39,586 bases of DNA, from assembly GCA_051942245.1 (NCBI GenBank), contig JAVECL010000176.1, forward strand, positions 1-39,586, given 5' to 3'. The notes beneath the pieces were generated by a model that saw only the letters and a program-made list of their open reading frames with translations, did no database searches and had not been told where the DNA came from. The translations under genes were made by a program, and so were the position numbers. Position 1 is the stretch's first letter. Each line of letters starts with the position of its first letter. Below, in pieces: positions 35,064-39,586 of the stretch. The stretch is from Trypethelium eluteriae. Lineage: Eukaryota.

Positions 35064-38000
35064 ATGGCATCCGGTGATCTTATATCCTTCGAGATCATTG
35101 AGAATCATAAGGAGAACATTAGCTCTCTCCCATCCGGTCGCTCTGCAAAAGCCCTTGCACGCACTCTCTCACCACTTGCTTCACGCCCGACGCCGTCTTT
35201 GTCAGACGCTCAGTCTCTCAATGATTCTATCCGAGCAGATTTCGAGAAGGAGCTTCAGAACCTCGACGAAAGCGACGACCCGCTGGATGTTTTTGACCGC
35301 TACGTGAAATGGACTCTTGATGCCTATCCGTCAGCCCAAGCGACGCCACAAAGCCAACTGCTGCCCCTACTTGAGCGTGCGACCAAGACATTCTTGTCCA
35401 GTCCTCATTACAAGAATGATCCACGGTACCTGAAACTTTGGCTACATTATATCCGTCTCTTCGGCGATACTCCACGCGAAACATTTGCCTTTCTGGCACG
35501 TCACAATGTCGGAGAATTGTTGGCGTTATACTACGAAGAATACGCGGCATGGTTGGAAGGTGCAGGACGGTGGACACAAGCCGAAGAGGTATATAGGATG
35601 GGGCTAGACAAGCAGGCAAGACCGCATGAGAGACTTGCGCGGAAATTTGGAGAATTTGAGAGAAGAAGAGAGGAAAAGGGCCAGACGGCCAACGAGCCCA
35701 GTAGTCCGGCACTCCCAACGACTCGGCCAGCATTGGCTGAAAAGGTTGACCCTTTCTCAAGCCATGCCGCTGAAGATGTCACTGCAGACCCACAGGCGCG
35801 AGATCGGAGGGAAGGGTTGGGGACGGCGACCAAGCCTGCAAGACAGAAATTAGCAATATTTTCTGATGCGGACGAGCCGGAACGGACAGGTTCACGCGAA
35901 GGTCCTCGAGGCTGGGAAAGCATACAGTCGCTAGGCGAGCGGAAGAAAGAGAATACAGTTGAGGCTAGACCATGGGCTGGGGAGACAATGAAAGGTGGGC
36001 GGCGGAATGCTGGCATGTCAAAGATGATGGTATTCAAGGACCAAGTGAGTCATTAGTTCTGCAGCCAGGCTCGCCATTCCCCATATTTACGATTACAGGT
36101 TTGATCCTGACGGTTCTGACGCATTTTTGTATTTCAGTCATCTTCCAATCATGAATATAGACATGCGTTGCCAAATCCACTTCCCAAGTCGCAGTGCATC
36201 CCGAACCCAAAAACAGGAAGGATAGATTTTGTCTTCGCTAAATTGGATGCTATATATCCTAATCCTGAGGACCCGTTAGAGGAGTACAGCTTCGAGGAAT
36301 TGAGAGCGCAGCACAGAGGATGGCTCGATCACTCATGGACAGGGGAAGAAGGAACAGATACTGATTGCAAACCGCAAGCTAAAGTGACACATTCCCGAGA
36401 AATAGGCGAAATGCCTTTTGATGATAAGCACGCAACAGAAAATCCTACAGAGACACTTGAAAAGAAATTTCAAAAAACGTTGGCGCTGAATGATGTTGAT
36501 GAAAACGGAGCTCCGCGCGAAGACCGGGACTTCGAGAGGAGATTACGAAGAGAGGAGAAAGCAAACAGAACTCGGAAGATAAAAATGATGGAAATAAAAG
36601 CAGAAACGCAGACTGGTGAGCACCTTTCCCGACCCCTTTACAACCGTCGTGTTAACAGCCAGTAGTACAGACGAATCTTGCATCTCCAACAGGTCCAAGA
36701 CTAAAAAAGAAAAAGTCGGGCGAGAGAGCTACAGAACCAACCATGACAATCAACACTAAAGAAGCTATGGAAGAAGTTTATGGAATTTTCAGTGCACCTC
36801 TATCTTCGCAACAGGAGGCCGAAGAGAGCGAAGAGAGTGACGATGAGGAGGACTATACCAGTGCTGGTGAGAGCACGGGCACATGCCGCATTTCCAGTGC
36901 AAACAGTGAATGTGAAGATGAGACACGCGCTGAGTTCGGTGAGGAGACTTACAAAGAAGTCATCGAGAATCAACAGAAGCACCAACACGATGATCAGCAC
37001 GATGATACCGTATCAGATGCCAAGAGTGAAGCCGAATGGTCCGAGTTCACGGCAAGCAAACATCTGCCCATAGCAGAAGAGATTGACGATGCAACCCAAC
37101 GTATAGCACCATCTGACAGCGGCGATTTTGAAGTGTATCAAGATGCAGAGGAGGTCAAGTTATCGACACAAGAGCAAGTTAACACTCCCGTCGATGATGG
37201 CGACTCGGAGAACGTTCCCCCTGAAACGAAATTGGTCTCTCTCCCGCCAGAAGATTTTGAAGCACCTACGCATCCATTTCGCAATGCGGACCAAATTGCC
37301 CAGAGCAGACTACCGTTCATGACCCCGATTGTTGAGAAGACGGAATCTTCCCTAGGTATGGCTACTGCAAAAACGGATAAAGACTATTTCAACTCCAAAA
37401 CCCCATGCCGCCAGACGACAATCAAAACCCCGACAATACCAGAGATCGAGGGCGACAAGCTCTTGAGCAGTCCGTTTCAAGAAGTCTTGAACGAGTCTTC
37501 GCCTCCGCGCAAGAAACTTGAGCCAATCCTGACGGGTTCGCGACCCAAAAAGTCAAAATCCACAGTGTCACCTATCAAAAAACCGCTGGCTTCTCGTGCT
37601 CCTCTCGCAAAGGAGGAAAGACCCAAAGGCCCGATCATCACTGATCTACAGTGTAATCCTGTCGACGAGAACATTCGCAAGACTATACTCGAACAAGTTC
37701 AGCCACCTCTATACAACTTTGACGGCTTTCATGACCACAGAACAGAAGACTCAAACCGTCTGCCCGATATCAACAAATTCGTGAAGGCCCTCGCCAAAGC
37801 ACGGAAGAGTGGAGCTGTCGAGAAAAATGCCGCGACTGTCGCACCTCCACCCACTCTGCACTTTCCGAATGCGGAGCGTAGCTACACTGTCAAGCGTGAA
37901 CTTGGCAAGGGCGCCTTCGCCCCAGTATACCTTGTCGAAAGCTCCACAGCCACAGAAGACACGTCCACTATCGAAGACGAATCCACCAACAGCAGCAACG

Positions 38001-39037
38001 AGCCTGCCAAAATGGGCCAAGGCGCCTTCGCCAGAACGCACCGGCAACAGCTCGAAGCAATCAAGAGCGAAGACCCGCCAACAGCATGGGAATTCTACAT
38101 CATCCGCGCCGCCCACCGTCGGCTCGGCGTGCACCGTGCCGCCGACAGCATCATCCACGCGCACGAAATGCACCTCTACCGCAACGAATGCTTCCTCGTC
38201 GAAGCCTACCACGACCAAGGCACGCTGCTCGACCTCGTGAACCTAGCCCGGTCGGAATCAGCTAAAGCCGGGGCGGGCAGCGGCGCGAGCCCAGGTGTTG
38301 ACGAGACCCTCGCGATGTTCCTCGCTGCGGAGATGCTGCGCACGGTGGAGGCGCTGCATCGGCAGGGGATCATCCACGGGGATCTGAAGCCGGATAACGT
38401 GCTGGTGCGGTTTGATGAGGTGGCAGGGACACACTCGTCGGCTGCGTCGCTGTCCTCTTCGCGTCATGGCGAGCCGTGGGAGAGCCAGTATCAGGCTTCT
38501 GGCGCGGGGGGCTGGAGTCGGAAGGGCGTGACGCTGATTGACTTTGGACGCGGCATCGATACGAGGGCTTTTCCTGCGAGTGTGCAGTTCGTCGCCGACT
38601 GGCCCACGGCAGAAACGGACTGTGCGGAGATGCGCGAATTGAGACCGTGGACGTATCAGGCGGACTATCATGGGCTCGCGGGATGTGTCTATTCGCTGCT
38701 GTTTGGGAAGTATATCGAGACGGTGGTGGAGAAATCGGCGGACGCAGGGATCGTGGGCGGGGTGGGAGCGGGAGCGAGCAATAAGAGGTATAAGATCAAG
38801 GAAGGTCTGAAGAGGTATTGGCAGACGGAGATTTGGAGCCAGTGTTTTGAGCTCCTGTTGAATTCGGCGAAGATGGTGGAGCGGGAGGAAGGCGGCAGGT
38901 TGCCGGTCTTGAAGGGACTGAAGGGAGTGAGGGAGAAGATGGAAGAATGGTTAGCGGAGAATTGCGAGAAGGGAATGGGTTTGAAAGGGACGATTCGGAG
39001 AATGGAGGGTTTGATAAAGGAGAGGAGGCGTGGTTAA
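35064..39037 (+). CDS. BUB1: Spindle-checkpoint kinase Bub1 (MadBub type, SldA-like); exons 35064-36044, 36138-36615, 36666-39037
   Basis: N-terminal KEN (HKENI), TPR domain (DDPLDVFDRYVKW, YKNDPRYLKLW), GLEBS (EEYSFEELRA), CD1 (PTMTINTKEAMEEVYGIF) and kinase motifs GKGAFAPVY, HGDLKPDN, IDFG, WTYQADY. Introns 36045-36137 and 36616-36665. Confidence 0.95.
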
Positions 39038-39453
39038 TAAGCAAATGGCTTCTCTTGCAAGTTGAGACTAGCATTGGAGTTCAGTATCAAGGGCACGGCT
39101 TTGGTTCATTCTCGTTGTACTTTGTGGATATATCTTTCGTCACTCCAACTCATTTCGTAGTCGTTCCGTAGTCGTATTTCAGAATTGATTTGCGTTGCAG
39201 TCTCGTATTTGTGCTGCTGCATGGTGGGTCATTATTTACAAAGCAAGTCATAACATGCAACGCCAGAATCGGCAGTTCCGTGTGCGTGCCGCCTCCCATT
39301 TTGAACAAAAGTTAGAAAGTGGTATCTCAAAAAGGATGGCAAAAGAAGCGAAGAGCCATCCTAATGGAAAGCAGACCAGAAGACAATCATCATAAAATTC
39401 CACCCTTTCATATTCCAATGCATATCTCCCACCTTAATCCTTTCTCAACCCGC

Positions 39454-39586
39454 TCAATCCCTATTAATCACCCTCAAACTCCTCCTCGGATTCAACGCCG
39501 TCCCCCAAAACGTCGGCTCTCTCCCCGCCAACAAATCCTCCGAATCGCTCTCACTATCCCTCCTCACCGCCTCATACCGCTGACTC
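39454..39586 (-). CDS. 3' end of an unidentified gene (partial)
   Basis: Open G-rich frame from the window edge, SQRYEAVRRDSESDSEDLLAGREPTFWGTALNPRRSLRVINRD*. The LRVxNxD ending resembles cytoplasmic tails of fungal single-pass sensors such as the Wsc family. Confidence 0.5.
   Translation of the reverse strand, partial: SQRYEAVRRDSESDSEDLLAGREPTFWGTALNPRRSLRVINRD

Noticed and set aside
1..39586. tRNA, rRNA, snRNA, transposon, RIP-degraded repeat or CRISPR array
   Set aside because: No cloverleaf or T-loop context outside CDSs, no transposase or RT motifs, no terminal repeats, no AT-rich RIP tract and no spaced direct repeats. This was a visual scan only, so small ncRNAs could be missed.

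Overview
A gene-dense window from a filamentous ascomycete (Pezizomycotina-type), judged from short GT-AG introns with CTRAY branch sites and from the protein families. It holds about 14 coding loci plus one probable pseudogene. Left housekeeping block: SGD1/NOM1 (runs off the left edge), a three-exon SRP14 that the ORF track misses, and a tandem-CCCH zinc-finger gene (Cps3/Lee1-like). Middle accessory-looking block: PTH11-like receptor without CFEM, DOPA 4,5-dioxygenase-family gene, secreted Ser/Thr-rich protein, lipocalin-like protein and secreted GH16. Right housekeeping block: CWF19L1/Drn1, UTP20, ZIM17, CUL3, a frameshifted F-box-like pseudogene, BUB1 (MadBub type) and the 3' tip of another gene. 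I found no tRNA, rRNA, transposon or CRISPR. I could not show a convincing new multi-gene system. The best leads are a candidate unannotated spliced transcript (9860-10417), a CX6C zinc knuckle in ZIM17, a GAG acceptor in CUL3, a possible alternative mitochondrial N-terminus in DOPA-dioxygenase intron 1, a perfect 20-bp palindrome in the ZIM17/CUL3 promoter, and a recurrent C-rich to G-rich switch at gene 3' ends. All exon models were derived by hand and family calls are from motif recognition, not database searches.
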